Made by a program: the position numbers and the translations under genes. Under the pieces are notes generated by a model that saw only the letters and a list, made by a program, of their open reading frames with translations, was not told the origin of the DNA and made no database searches. From a virus (lineage: Duplodnaviria > Caudoviricetes), in IMG/VR virus record IMGVR_UViG_3300017565_000323, positions 1-53,814 of that record: a DNA stretch of 53,814 nucleotides. The stretch is one strand, 5' to 3'. The first letter of the stretch is position 1; each line of letters begins with the position of its first letter. This document shows, in pieces, positions 9,356 through 17,837 of this stretch.

Positions 9356-9984
9356 CCATGGATTTTCGAATCAACACGTACAAGCACATCCAAGCGGTTC
9401 AGCGGCTCATGGGAAAGGTTGTTCGCAACCTTTGGGAGCGAATGCTTCTCCATGATCAGTCGAAGCTTGAATCACCCGAGGCAGACTACTTCGACGCCTT
9501 CACGCCGAAGCTCGCCAATTCGACTTACGGCTCCGAGGAATACAAGGGCTTCCTGGCGGCGATGAAGCCCGCCCTGGATCACCATTACGCGGCCAACAGC
9601 CATCACCCTGAACATTACCGGTGGCGATGCGGCGTGTGCGAGCGTCGGCATACGGATGCTGAGTGGGAGATTGCTCCTCAGGGGCCAAACGACTCCGGTC
9701 AACGTTACTGCATGAGTTGCTGCGACAACGGGATGATCTACGAAGCGGCCCTTGTGTCGGAAACCGATAAGGGCCTGCACGGCATGTCGTTGCTCGACCT
9801 GCTCGAAATGCTCTGCGACTGGAAGGCCGCAACGCTTCGGCATAACGACGGCGACATCCGCAAGTCGATCGAGATCAATCAGCGACGCTTCGGCTACTCC
9901 GACGAGCTCAAGCAAATCCTGCTCAACACGCTTCCGTTGATTGAAGACGGGAATTCCGACTGGGGACCTGCTCTTGGAGGCTGA
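9352..9984 (+). CDS. DUF5662-like HD-domain protein with zinc-finger insertion
   Basis: HDQSKL, HHYAANSHHPEHY, MSLLDLLEMLCDWKAA motifs. Confidence 0.8.
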   Translation: MTMDFRINTYKHIQAVQRLMGKVVRNLWERMLLHDQSKLESPEADYFDAFTPKLANSTYGSEEYKGFLAAMKPALDHHYAANSHHPEHYRWRCGVCERRHTDAEWEIAPQGPNDSGQRYCMSCCDNGMIYEAALVSETDKGLHGMSLLDLLEMLCDWKAATLRHNDGDIRKSIEINQRRFGYSDELKQILLNTLPLIEDGNSDWGPALGG

Positions 9985-9991
9985 GGCCACC

Positions 9992-10150
9992 ATGTTCCGC
10001 CGCTCCCAACTCCCCGCCGATCTGATCGAGCGCATCCAAACGGCGTTCATCATCTTCGTGATTCTCCTGATCTGCGGCCTCATCGCTCTGATCAAAGCAA
10101 CCTACTGGGCGCTCGTGCTGTGGTCGGCTCACTGGATGATTGGAGATTGA
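9992..10150 (+). CDS. Small membrane protein
   Basis: AFIIFVILLICGLIALI hydrophobic helix; GGAGG upstream. Confidence 0.55.
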   Translation: MFRRSQLPADLIERIQTAFIIFVILLICGLIALIKATYWALVLWSAHWMIGD

Positions 10151-10272
10151 TGGATATGTCGTCGCGTGATGCCGATATCACTCTGGTCGTGAGATGTTTA
10201 CTCGTTGGTCTGGGCATGTGGAAACTGATCGAGCTAGCCTGGCCCGAGTTCGATTGGATCAACGGAATCTAA
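10150..10272 (+). CDS. Small hydrophobic protein (40 aa, below ORF-track cutoff)
   Basis: TGATG coupling; MDMSSRDADITLVVRCLLVGLGMWKLIELAW... Confidence 0.4.
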   Translation: MDMSSRDADITLVVRCLLVGLGMWKLIELAWPEFDWINGI

Positions 10273-10295
10273 CTCGTACGTGCGGATGAATTGAT

Positions 10296-10985
10296 GTGAC
10301 TGAACGAGCGAAGACAGTCGGCGACTTGATTGACCGATACGACAAGATGACAGAGCTTGTCGAACACCTGGATTGGCTGATCGGCACGATTCGCTTTCGA
10401 GGCGATCTGTCGGCAGCCTGCCACGATCGATCTCAATCGCTCAAGGAATCCCTACTCCTTCAGATGACGGATACCGCCGACTGGATCATCGCGGCCCTTC
10501 AGCCTCTTGACGTCAGCAAACAAACCGGGCCCATAACGCTCGTCCACAACGGCCGTCTTTATGAGATATCGAGGGATGACGATGGCAGGCCAGGCTCGCG
10601 GCCACTATTCCAATCGAAGCCTTCGGCGACTGGTAACCCAACCATTTTGCCGGCGCCAGCAATATGGTCCGCCGATCACTTTGCCGGCGCCGGCAAAATG
10701 ATCCCGATCAAGGTGACTCGACTCATGCACGACCCCATCTATCTCAATGCGGCCGGTCTCGCACGGCTCACTGGATTGCCCGAGACGTGGATCCAGGAGC
10801 AGACCGCCCTCGGCCGGATGCCGTCGTTCGAGACCCCTGACGGCCACCGCTACCACGCCGAGCAGACCGTCGAATTCCTCTCCAATCGATTCGAGATCGA
10901 GGTCAACGTAGCGTGGGATCAGATCGGCAAAGACCTGGATGAACTGGCCGAACTGGATGCCTGCGAAGCGAATCCAACCGACTAA
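10296..10985 (+). CDS. Hypothetical protein with C-terminal excisionase/MerR-like HTH
   Basis: YLNAAGLARLTGLPETWIQEQTALGRMPS...GHRY. Confidence 0.55.
   Translation: MTERAKTVGDLIDRYDKMTELVEHLDWLIGTIRFRGDLSAACHDRSQSLKESLLLQMTDTADWIIAALQPLDVSKQTGPITLVHNGRLYEISRDDDGRPGSRPLFQSKPSATGNPTILPAPAIWSADHFAGAGKMIPIKVTRLMHDPIYLNAAGLARLTGLPETWIQEQTALGRMPSFETPDGHRYHAEQTVEFLSNRFEIEVNVAWDQIGKDLDELAELDACEANPTD
10641..10703. repeat. Two tandem near-perfect palindromes (28 and 30 bp)
   Basis: ACCATTTTGCCGGCGCCAGCAATATGGT (10641-10668) and GATCACTTTGCCGGCGCCGGCAAAATGATC (10674-10703). Confidence 0.85.
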
Positions 10986-11021
10986 GCCTTTTCTGTCCCA
11001 TCAACCCTCACCGGAATCAAC

Positions 11022-11300
11022 ATGCGAATCCCCTTCGTCAGCCCCCGCAATTACTCCCTCGAAGCCGAGGCGGTTGACCCCAAGCTCGCGCTGGCCATTG
11101 CCCGGCGCGTCCTGGCTCACTCGGCGACGACTCGGCACGCGAACACACCGGCCGAGCAGATCAAGGCCCTGGAAGCAATCCAGGACTGGGAAGACCTGAA
11201 GATCAACGGGGACATCGCTGCAAGCCGGCCCACGTCGGCCCCGATCTTTGATCGGTCGACCCTGCCGAACGACGTGCGAGCGCGTGACCTGCCCGCCTAA
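11022..11300 (+). CDS. Hypothetical protein
   Basis: ORF ending 3 nt before the MuF gene. Confidence 0.6.
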   Translation: MRIPFVSPRNYSLEAEAVDPKLALAIARRVLAHSATTRHANTPAEQIKALEAIQDWEDLKINGDIAASRPTSAPIFDRSTLPNDVRARDLPA

Positions 11301-11303
11301 CTC

Positions 11304-12773
11304 ATGCCCCGCTTCAATTATGTCGGCCAGCCAGGTGAGACCTGGACTAACGACACAGGCAAGGTCCAGTACCAGTTTCACGCCGACTGGCGGAACACCT
11401 GCGGCTTATGCGGACAGCTAGATAGCCAGATCGGTTCAAGCTGGCCCATCCCCCTACACAGGGGCTGCCGGTGTTCCCAGACAGCCGTGTACCCTGGCCA
11501 GACCGCCGAGCCCTTCACTGACTTCCGCGAAACGATCCGGGGCCTCGACCCCGAACAGCAAGCCCGGGTCGTCGGTGTCTCCAACCTCAAGCTGATCGAA
11601 TCCGGCGTCGTCGATTGGTCCGATGTGGTGACCAGGGCGAGAATCCGCGATCTCAACGAAGTGGTTGCCCGTCACAAGCTCACCGTTGCCGACCTGACGG
11701 AAGCTGGCGTCTCGAAGCACATCGCCGAGGAAGCCTATCGTTCGGTCCACACGCCAGCCCATCAGTTGGCCGCAACGAAGCGACAAGAGTTGATGGATCG
11801 GCTGACGGCCAAGGGCTTGGAAAAGGCCGACGTTCGCCGCGCCCTGGCCGAGCGGTTAGCGGTTCGCGTTGGCATCACGGGGCCATCAGGAGCCAGCCAG
11901 CCGAACATCTCCCCGGGCACGCCGATGCCTCCCGCGTCCAGTCCCGTCCCGGTTCCCAAACCCAAGCCATCGCCGAAGCCGAAGAGTTCAAAGAAGAAGG
12001 TCCCGCCGAGTCCCATGCTGCCGACTCCCATGATCGCAGGTGGTGGCGATGCACCGGTTGATCGAGCCTACCTCGCGAGCCTGGGCGTCAAACCCGAGGC
12101 GATCAACGAAAAGCTCGGCCAACCTGTTCCGCCTACCAAGGCTCCCGAGCCAAGGCCCACGAGCGATTACAAGCGGTTCACGAAGATCTCTGACATGGAA
12201 TCCTGGGGCAAAGCCCACTTCGGTGAGTGGGCCGAAAGCGTCGACCCCTACGAGGCCGAGGCCCTGGGGTTGTACGGTACAACCCTTTATAAGTGGATGA
12301 ACGGCCAGCTTCGCGGACGAACGCCTGATGAGCCGATTCCCCTGGGTCGAACGGCCGAAGACCTCGCGGAACTCAGTCGGCACGCCGCGAAGGCGTTGAA
12401 TCGCGCCGAGATTCCGGCCCCCGTCACAGGCTTCCGAGGGGTTCAGGATTTGTCGCTCATCGGTGTGAGTTCGAAGGAGCAGCTCATTCCGGGGCTCCAT
12501 TTCACCGAGCAGGGCTTCAGTTCAGTTTCGCTCGATGAATCGATCGGGCTTGAGTTTGCCACGAAGAATAATCCGCCGACTCCCACCTTGTTCGAGGTCC
12601 GGATCGACAAGGGGATGTCCGGCGGCTACTTAAACGCCGGCGAATTCGCCGAAGCGGCTCGCGAGCGGGAACTGCTCTTCCCACCAGGGGCGGAATATCG
12701 TGTACTCAGCGTCGACGAAATCGACTTTGAGGGCCAGAAAGTGGCGAAAGTCGTGGTGGAGCGCGTGAAGTAA
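11304..12773 (+). CDS. MuF/gp7-type head morphogenesis protein fused to VIP2-like ADP-ribosyltransferase
   Basis: MuF motif TCGLC...PLHRGCRC; Pro/Lys linker; ART motifs YKWMNGQLR, GFRG, GFSSVS, ERELL. Confidence 0.88.
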   Translation: MPRFNYVGQPGETWTNDTGKVQYQFHADWRNTCGLCGQLDSQIGSSWPIPLHRGCRCSQTAVYPGQTAEPFTDFRETIRGLDPEQQARVVGVSNLKLIESGVVDWSDVVTRARIRDLNEVVARHKLTVADLTEAGVSKHIAEEAYRSVHTPAHQLAATKRQELMDRLTAKGLEKADVRRALAERLAVRVGITGPSGASQPNISPGTPMPPASSPVPVPKPKPSPKPKSSKKKVPPSPMLPTPMIAGGGDAPVDRAYLASLGVKPEAINEKLGQPVPPTKAPEPRPTSDYKRFTKISDMESWGKAHFGEWAESVDPYEAEALGLYGTTLYKWMNGQLRGRTPDEPIPLGRTAEDLAELSRHAAKALNRAEIPAPVTGFRGVQDLSLIGVSSKEQLIPGLHFTEQGFSSVSLDESIGLEFATKNNPPTPTLFEVRIDKGMSGGYLNAGEFAEAARERELLFPPGAEYRVLSVDEIDFEGQKVAKVVVERVK

Positions 12774-13024
12774 TGGCTCGAGACTCGACGAAATACGAGT
12801 TCGATCTCCCCCTCATGAGCCAGTGCGCGTACTGTCAACATGCGCTCCCTTCCGGCGGCTGCCTGGCCTATTACGACGGAATTCCCGAGGTCTTTTTGAC
12901 CAACGAACTTGACCACCGCATCCCCTCCGAGGGGGACCGGGGGTTCATCTTCACTCCACGCGAAGACGCCTCGTCCGAAGCCCTCAAGCAGCTCTACGCG
13001 GTTCTAGACCGACTCCACGAATAA
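12773..13024 (+). CDS. Small Cys/His protein, putative immunity for the MuF-ART
   Basis: TAATG coupling to the toxin; CAYCQH..C....GIP...DHR.P..GD.G. Confidence 0.6.
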   Translation: MARDSTKYEFDLPLMSQCAYCQHALPSGGCLAYYDGIPEVFLTNELDHRIPSEGDRGFIFTPREDASSEALKQLYAVLDRLHE

Positions 13025-13037
13025 TCAGAGGTCGCAC

Positions 13038-13724
13038 ATGACCGCACCTGTTCGCCTCTCGGTCGTGTATGCGACCGACGAGGATATCGTTGCTACGGCT
13101 GGGGCTGATTTCGTCAACCTGGCGGCCAAGTCGGCACGGCTGGCGTTGGGCGCTGACGGGTACTTTGATGTCCCTGAGCCTTGGACGCTTCGAAGTCCTT
13201 CGACGGACTTCCTCGCGCTCGGCGTCACGAGCAACATGATCATCAATCTGACCGGGCCGAGCAGCCACTTCCGAACCAACGAGCTCCTGGCGGTCGACTC
13301 GGCCAGCGGGGATTCCCTTGTGTTGCGGTGGCCAGGCCAGGCCCTCAATGTCGGCTTTCCCCCTGGCCGAACGGTCAACCTGGGCGAAGCGACGGGGGTC
13401 AAGTTCGAGATCAGAACCTTGTCCGCACAGATCGAAGACGCGTGCTACGAGATCAACGAACGCTTCGGCATTGATCCCGCCAAAGCATGCCGCTCGCCCG
13501 ATAGCATCTACGACCAGCGGACGCTCAGGAATATCACCGTCTACTGGGTGCTGGCCAACGCTTACGCGAATGGCACGCGGGACGAGAAGGGGGATTGGAG
13601 TCTCAAGGCGGGGCGGTACAAGGGAATGCTCGATGACGCGATTGCCCGGGCATCGGTTCGCTGGGGGCCAACGGGCGACTCCCAACCACCGTCGAATGTC
13701 TTTGGGGCGAGGTTGAGGCGCTGA
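13038..13724 (+). CDS. Head-tail adaptor/connector-like protein
   Basis: YAT..DI N-terminus, QIEDACYEINERF helix, position. Confidence 0.55.
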   Translation: MTAPVRLSVVYATDEDIVATAGADFVNLAAKSARLALGADGYFDVPEPWTLRSPSTDFLALGVTSNMIINLTGPSSHFRTNELLAVDSASGDSLVLRWPGQALNVGFPPGRTVNLGEATGVKFEIRTLSAQIEDACYEINERFGIDPAKACRSPDSIYDQRTLRNITVYWVLANAYANGTRDEKGDWSLKAGRYKGMLDDAIARASVRWGPTGDSQPPSNVFGARLRR

Positions 13725-13725
13725 C

Positions 13726-14292
13726 ATGTCGACCGAGTACAACATCTACAGCAATGCCGGTGACGGCGGCCCCATCGACTACTCCACCCCGGTCGACACC
13801 GTCTCGGCCCTAACATGGGACACGTCCGCACTCACGGCCGGTACCTGGCGGTTCGGCGTTCGCGCGTTCGACACGGTCTCAGGCCTCGAGGAATCCAATG
13901 TCGATGCCGTGGTGACGATCGTGGTGAATGGCGACCTCGAAGACGTCTCGGCGGTTCCCCGCGCTCCCGCCGGTCTCTCGGTCGTTCCCGGCCCTGGCGG
14001 AACGGCACGCGTCGCGTGGATCTGGCCTCGCGATCGCAATGGTGTACGGGCCGCGAGCTTCAACCTCTACGTCGGCACTACACTAGACTACGCCACTCCT
14101 GAGGCCACAATTGCCGCCAATCGGGCTGATGGGCGCTACGAGACGACCGTTTCCGGCCTCTCCGATGGCATCACCTACGCCATCGGGGTTCGGGCCGTTT
14201 CAGCCCAAGGCCTCGAAGAATCCAACACCGTCACTGTCTCAGTCACCGGCGACACGACCGCTCCCGATCCCGTGGTCGGGCTCACTTCCTGA
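13726..14292 (+). CDS. Fibronectin type III-like virion protein (two domains)
   Basis: YNIY...WRFGVRAFD..GLEESN and FNLY...YAIGVRAVS..GLEESN. Confidence 0.75.
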   Translation: MSTEYNIYSNAGDGGPIDYSTPVDTVSALTWDTSALTAGTWRFGVRAFDTVSGLEESNVDAVVTIVVNGDLEDVSAVPRAPAGLSVVPGPGGTARVAWIWPRDRNGVRAASFNLYVGTTLDYATPEATIAANRADGRYETTVSGLSDGITYAIGVRAVSAQGLEESNTVTVSVTGDTTAPDPVVGLTS

Positions 14293-14312
14293 TTCGAGAG
14301 TCGAGCGAACAC

Positions 14313-15425
14313 ATGACGATCCCCTTGAATAATGCGAAATCGCATTTGGCGTCGGCGCATGCCTCCGGCTCGGGCACGCTGGTCCTGATGGCGGGCGAGG
14401 GCGAGTTCTTCGGCGAACCCTCTCCCGAGGCTCCAATCCGGGTGACGGTTGCCGCGCGCTCCACGCTGTCCAACGGGCAGGTCGGGCCGACATCGCTTCG
14501 CACTATCTTCCGTTGCGAGGGACGCGACGGCGACACGCTCACGAATCTGACCCCCATTGAGGGGACCGTCGACCGAAACTACGGACGATTGGATCCGGTC
14601 GCGAACTTAATCACTGCGGGGGAATTGACCGACATCTCGGCTGGCGCGACGGCTGCAGTTGATGCGCTTGATGCGATCGCGGTCAAGACAACGGAGATAT
14701 ACGAAGATCCCGATTGGCTTACCAAGATTGCCGCTAGCAAGGTGATTGGCGATATCCCGCAATCCCAAGTCGAAAACCTGATTGGCGATCTGGCTGATTG
14801 CGCCAAAACGACCTCGACTTATGCCGATCCCTCTTGGCTCACGTCGCTCGCGGGCTCAAAGATCACGGGCAACATCTCGGGCAATGCGGGCTCAATTACT
14901 GGGTCGATTGCTCAATCCCAGGTGACCAATCTGACCACCGACCTGGCCGCGAAAGCCGCATTGGCGGGGGCGGCATTCACCGGAGCAATCTCGGCTCCGC
15001 GATTGGATTGCACGGCGAATAATAGCGGTCTTTGGACAAGCAATTCGGGAACGCGAATCTTCACAGATGGCTCAACCACATGGGTGCTTAGAGCAACTTC
15101 ATCGTTTGCCATCCAGGTGAATGGTACCAATTACATGCAGTTCGATACGGGTGGAGGGCTTCGTGTCTATCAGGCAATGCGACTGATTGCAGTTGCCGAT
15201 AACACGGCGCAGAGCGGTGCCATCTGGTGGAGCACTAATACCGCCGATGTCTTGTACGCGAAAACGCCATCAAACGTTACTCGTACAGTCTTGTTCAAAG
15301 AGACGTTGACGTTACCCGAAATGGCTGACGCGAACATTCCAAGCGGTGGACTTGCATGGTCGACCACTGAGGCCGGAAAGCTGAAAGCCCGCTCGCCTAG
15401 CGGCACTCTTTCGACACTCAATTAA
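14313..15425 (+). CDS. Fibre/receptor-binding-like protein
   Basis: Internal repeats (QSQV.NL..DLA), AFTGAI fibre motif, lower-GC 3' half. Confidence 0.6.
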   Translation: MTIPLNNAKSHLASAHASGSGTLVLMAGEGEFFGEPSPEAPIRVTVAARSTLSNGQVGPTSLRTIFRCEGRDGDTLTNLTPIEGTVDRNYGRLDPVANLITAGELTDISAGATAAVDALDAIAVKTTEIYEDPDWLTKIAASKVIGDIPQSQVENLIGDLADCAKTTSTYADPSWLTSLAGSKITGNISGNAGSITGSIAQSQVTNLTTDLAAKAALAGAAFTGAISAPRLDCTANNSGLWTSNSGTRIFTDGSTTWVLRATSSFAIQVNGTNYMQFDTGGGLRVYQAMRLIAVADNTAQSGAIWWSTNTADVLYAKTPSNVTRTVLFKETLTLPEMADANIPSGGLAWSTTEAGKLKARSPSGTLSTLN

Positions 15426-15438
15426 CACAGGTGAATTC

Positions 15439-15759
15439 ATGCCAATCGAAGCGACCGAGCCAACCGAAATCACGGCGGTCTATGATAAATGGGCGTTCAC
15501 AATTGCCACGACGGCCTATCCTTGCGCTAAGCCAGGGGAGGCCGAGCCCGCCAAGGTGTCGCTGATCCTGAACATTGGAAAGTTTCGTACCAGGGCTGAG
15601 GATAATGTCGATGAATTGTCGCCGCTTCCGTCTGACTACAAGGCGACAAGAATCGACGACTGGTATAACGAGGTCGCCACCAATCCTAAAGCGGCCGCGC
15701 TGATGGCGGCCGCTATGGAATTCGTCGAGGACTATGCGGACAGAAAGGGCCTACTGTAA
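15439..15759 (+). CDS. Hypothetical protein, possible fibre chaperone
   Basis: Follows the fibre gene with similarly lower GC. Confidence 0.55.
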   Translation: MPIEATEPTEITAVYDKWAFTIATTAYPCAKPGEAEPAKVSLILNIGKFRTRAEDNVDELSPLPSDYKATRIDDWYNEVATNPKAAALMAAAMEFVEDYADRKGLL

Positions 15760-16298
15760 TGCCCACTGGCGATCTGGCCCAAGGAAATAACCTCCCGCCG
15801 AACTCCGGCGGCGACCTGGTCACCCCAGCACCGGCTGAGGTGGGGCTACGGGATTACTGGATCCTCGAGGCAATCCGGGATCTCCTGCTCGAAACCAACC
15901 AGTTCGATGATGTTTATCTGTCGGGCTTGCCGGAGAACCACGGTCACTCGGCGGCGATGCTCAAGGTGGCCGTGCTCGAACCAGCCGAATGGAACGAGTT
16001 CGACGAGCGCGACGACCCGGACGACGTGCAAAACACGGTACGCATGCAGTTCCGTTTGACCTTGCTCGTTCGCGACGAGGATCCCGTTCAACGAGATAAC
16101 GAGGTCGATCGACTGCTCGGGGTCTGCAAGAACATCATCGACGGGCAGGACATTATCCGGGAGTCCACCATTCGTGGCTGGAACAAGCTCCGCAAGGGCA
16201 AGTGGGAGCGTCCGGTGGCTCCCGAGCGGCGCATGACAGTAGTGGGGGAAGTGGCTTACTTCGTGGACGGCGAGACGGTTCACGACGAATTGGAGTGA
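15759..16298 (+). CDS. Tail terminator-like protein
   Basis: Acidic, directly upstream of tail tube gene. Confidence 0.5.
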   Translation: MPTGDLAQGNNLPPNSGGDLVTPAPAEVGLRDYWILEAIRDLLLETNQFDDVYLSGLPENHGHSAAMLKVAVLEPAEWNEFDERDDPDDVQNTVRMQFRLTLLVRDEDPVQRDNEVDRLLGVCKNIIDGQDIIRESTIRGWNKLRKGKWERPVAPERRMTVVGEVAYFVDGETVHDELE

Positions 16299-16305
16299 TA
16301 TCAAC

Positions 16306-16743
16306 ATGGCTGCAACTAAGAGGCAGATGAACTGGTCGGGGGTGACTTTTACCCCGCCAGGCGAGACACCGGTCTTGCGCACGGCGACCGGTGTTACGCA
16401 GGTGCAAATCGCCGTGGGCGGATCACTCGTCAAGTTCAGTGGTGACGACGACCGGTTCCCGACCACGGTTGTGAATGATTTCAGCGACCCGTCGATCGCG
16501 ATCACGTCGGCCGATGAGAACTGGATCTTCTCGTTTCCCTCAGGTACGCGGGGAACGATCGCCGCAACACATAAAGATGCGAAGGGGGCTTCGGGCGGCA
16601 GCATCACCTTTACGATGATCAATGCGGTGGCCGAAAGCCCCTCGGCGGGCGGGTCTCACCGACAGATCGGCTCGGGCACGATCACCTTCTATGCCGAGAG
16701 CGCCGACGGATCCACGAATCCGTTGTCGTTCGCTCTGGCCTGA
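16306..16743 (+). CDS. Major tail tube protein
   Basis: 145 aa beta-rich Gly/Ser/Thr protein upstream of chaperone and tape measure. Confidence 0.65.
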   Translation: MAATKRQMNWSGVTFTPPGETPVLRTATGVTQVQIAVGGSLVKFSGDDDRFPTTVVNDFSDPSIAITSADENWIFSFPSGTRGTIAATHKDAKGASGGSITFTMINAVAESPSAGGSHRQIGSGTITFYAESADGSTNPLSFALA

Positions 16744-16800
16744 CCGCGGCGAACACCTCGAATTTACTCAGCACTTCACACCCCATTCCGGTTTACCCAT

Positions 16801-17145
16801 ATGAACCACGCGAAGCCTGACGCGATCCTGTACTCAGAGCAGCTCAAGACCGGTGGCAATATCCGCGAGCGTGTCCGCAACATTCAGACGCAGCTTGGCC
16901 CCAGGCTCGGCGGGGACCAGTTCACCACGCTCGGGCCCAATGCTGGCGGGCGTGTCTACTCGCGCGACGTCGGCGGCGGGTGGTACCTGGCCACGCTGCG
17001 ACCGGACGACACCTTGAACTACCCCAACGACCACGAGCTGGCCAAGCAGCCCCGGTACAAGTGGGAAGAGCAGCCGGACGGTACGCGGCACGGATATCTC
17101 TTGGAGAAGGCCGAGGGGCCGACGCTGGAGCCCGTCGAAGCATAA
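16801..17145 (+). CDS. Hypothetical protein
   Basis: Clean ORF followed by a terminator. Confidence 0.6.
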   Translation: MNHAKPDAILYSEQLKTGGNIRERVRNIQTQLGPRLGGDQFTTLGPNAGGRVYSRDVGGGWYLATLRPDDTLNYPNDHELAKQPRYKWEEQPDGTRHGYLLEKAEGPTLEPVEA

Positions 17146-17166
17146 GTAAGTAGTGTTTCATCACCA

Positions 17167-17191
17167 GAGCCGGCTCGCCCGGCTCGTTTTT
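17167..17191 (+). terminator. Rho-independent terminator
   Basis: GAGCCGG-ctcgc-CCGGCTC-gTTTTT. Confidence 0.65.
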
Positions 17192-17207
17192 CCATATCGA
17201 GATTTGC

Positions 17208-17654
17208 ATGAGCGACGAGAAACGAATGCCTCTGACCGAGTCGGCCAGGCGGCGCGAGGACTTCAAGCCAGGGGTTCCCATTCGGTTGTGCAACGGGGAG
17301 ACATGGCACTTCCCCGAGCCCAGGATGCGGTATGTCCCCAGGATGGACGAGTCGGGCCGCATGATCATGACGGTTGGCCGGCCCGCGTTCGGGGACGAGT
17401 TGGCGCCGATCCTGGATCGAGCCTTCGAGGCGGAATCGGACGTCGAACTCGTGGCCAGCACGGCCGAGTTCGCATACTACGCCCTCAGGCAGAATTACCG
17501 GCTCGAGGCGGACGAGCTTCAAGAGCTCGTCTACTTCATTCCTGGCGACGAGGCCAACTTCGCGATCTGGCAGGAGTTGTTTAAGTTTGCACGTGGCGAT
17601 CTGTTCGCGATCGAGGGGAACGAGGAGCCCCCAAAACCTTTGGCCGTTGGTTGA
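17208..17654 (+). CDS. Tail assembly chaperone (G-like)
   Basis: Upstream of tape measure, slippery site near its 3' end. Confidence 0.75.
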   Translation: MSDEKRMPLTESARRREDFKPGVPIRLCNGETWHFPEPRMRYVPRMDESGRMIMTVGRPAFGDELAPILDRAFEAESDVELVASTAEFAYYALRQNYRLEADELQELVYFIPGDEANFAIWQELFKFARGDLFAIEGNEEPPKPLAVG

Positions 17655-17821
17655 AAGCGAGTCTCTTGGCCAACGGCTTGGATCTGAATCGGCTCACGTT
17701 CCGCGAAGCCCTGGACGTGGCTGAAGTGTTGGTCGCGACCCGCCGCGCGATCCCGCCCCAGAAATGGATCGACAGCATGATCGACGCAGCCGAGGTGTCT
17801 CGGCTTGATGGCATGTTCTGA
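17630..17821 (+). other. Programmed -1 frameshift site C CCA AAA and GT-like extension
   Basis: X XXY YYZ heptamer at 17630-17636; -1 frame is open (TFGRWLKASLLANG...LDGMF) to TGA 17819-17821. Confidence 0.8.
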
Positions 17822-17837
17822 CCCGCGAGGAGCCGTC

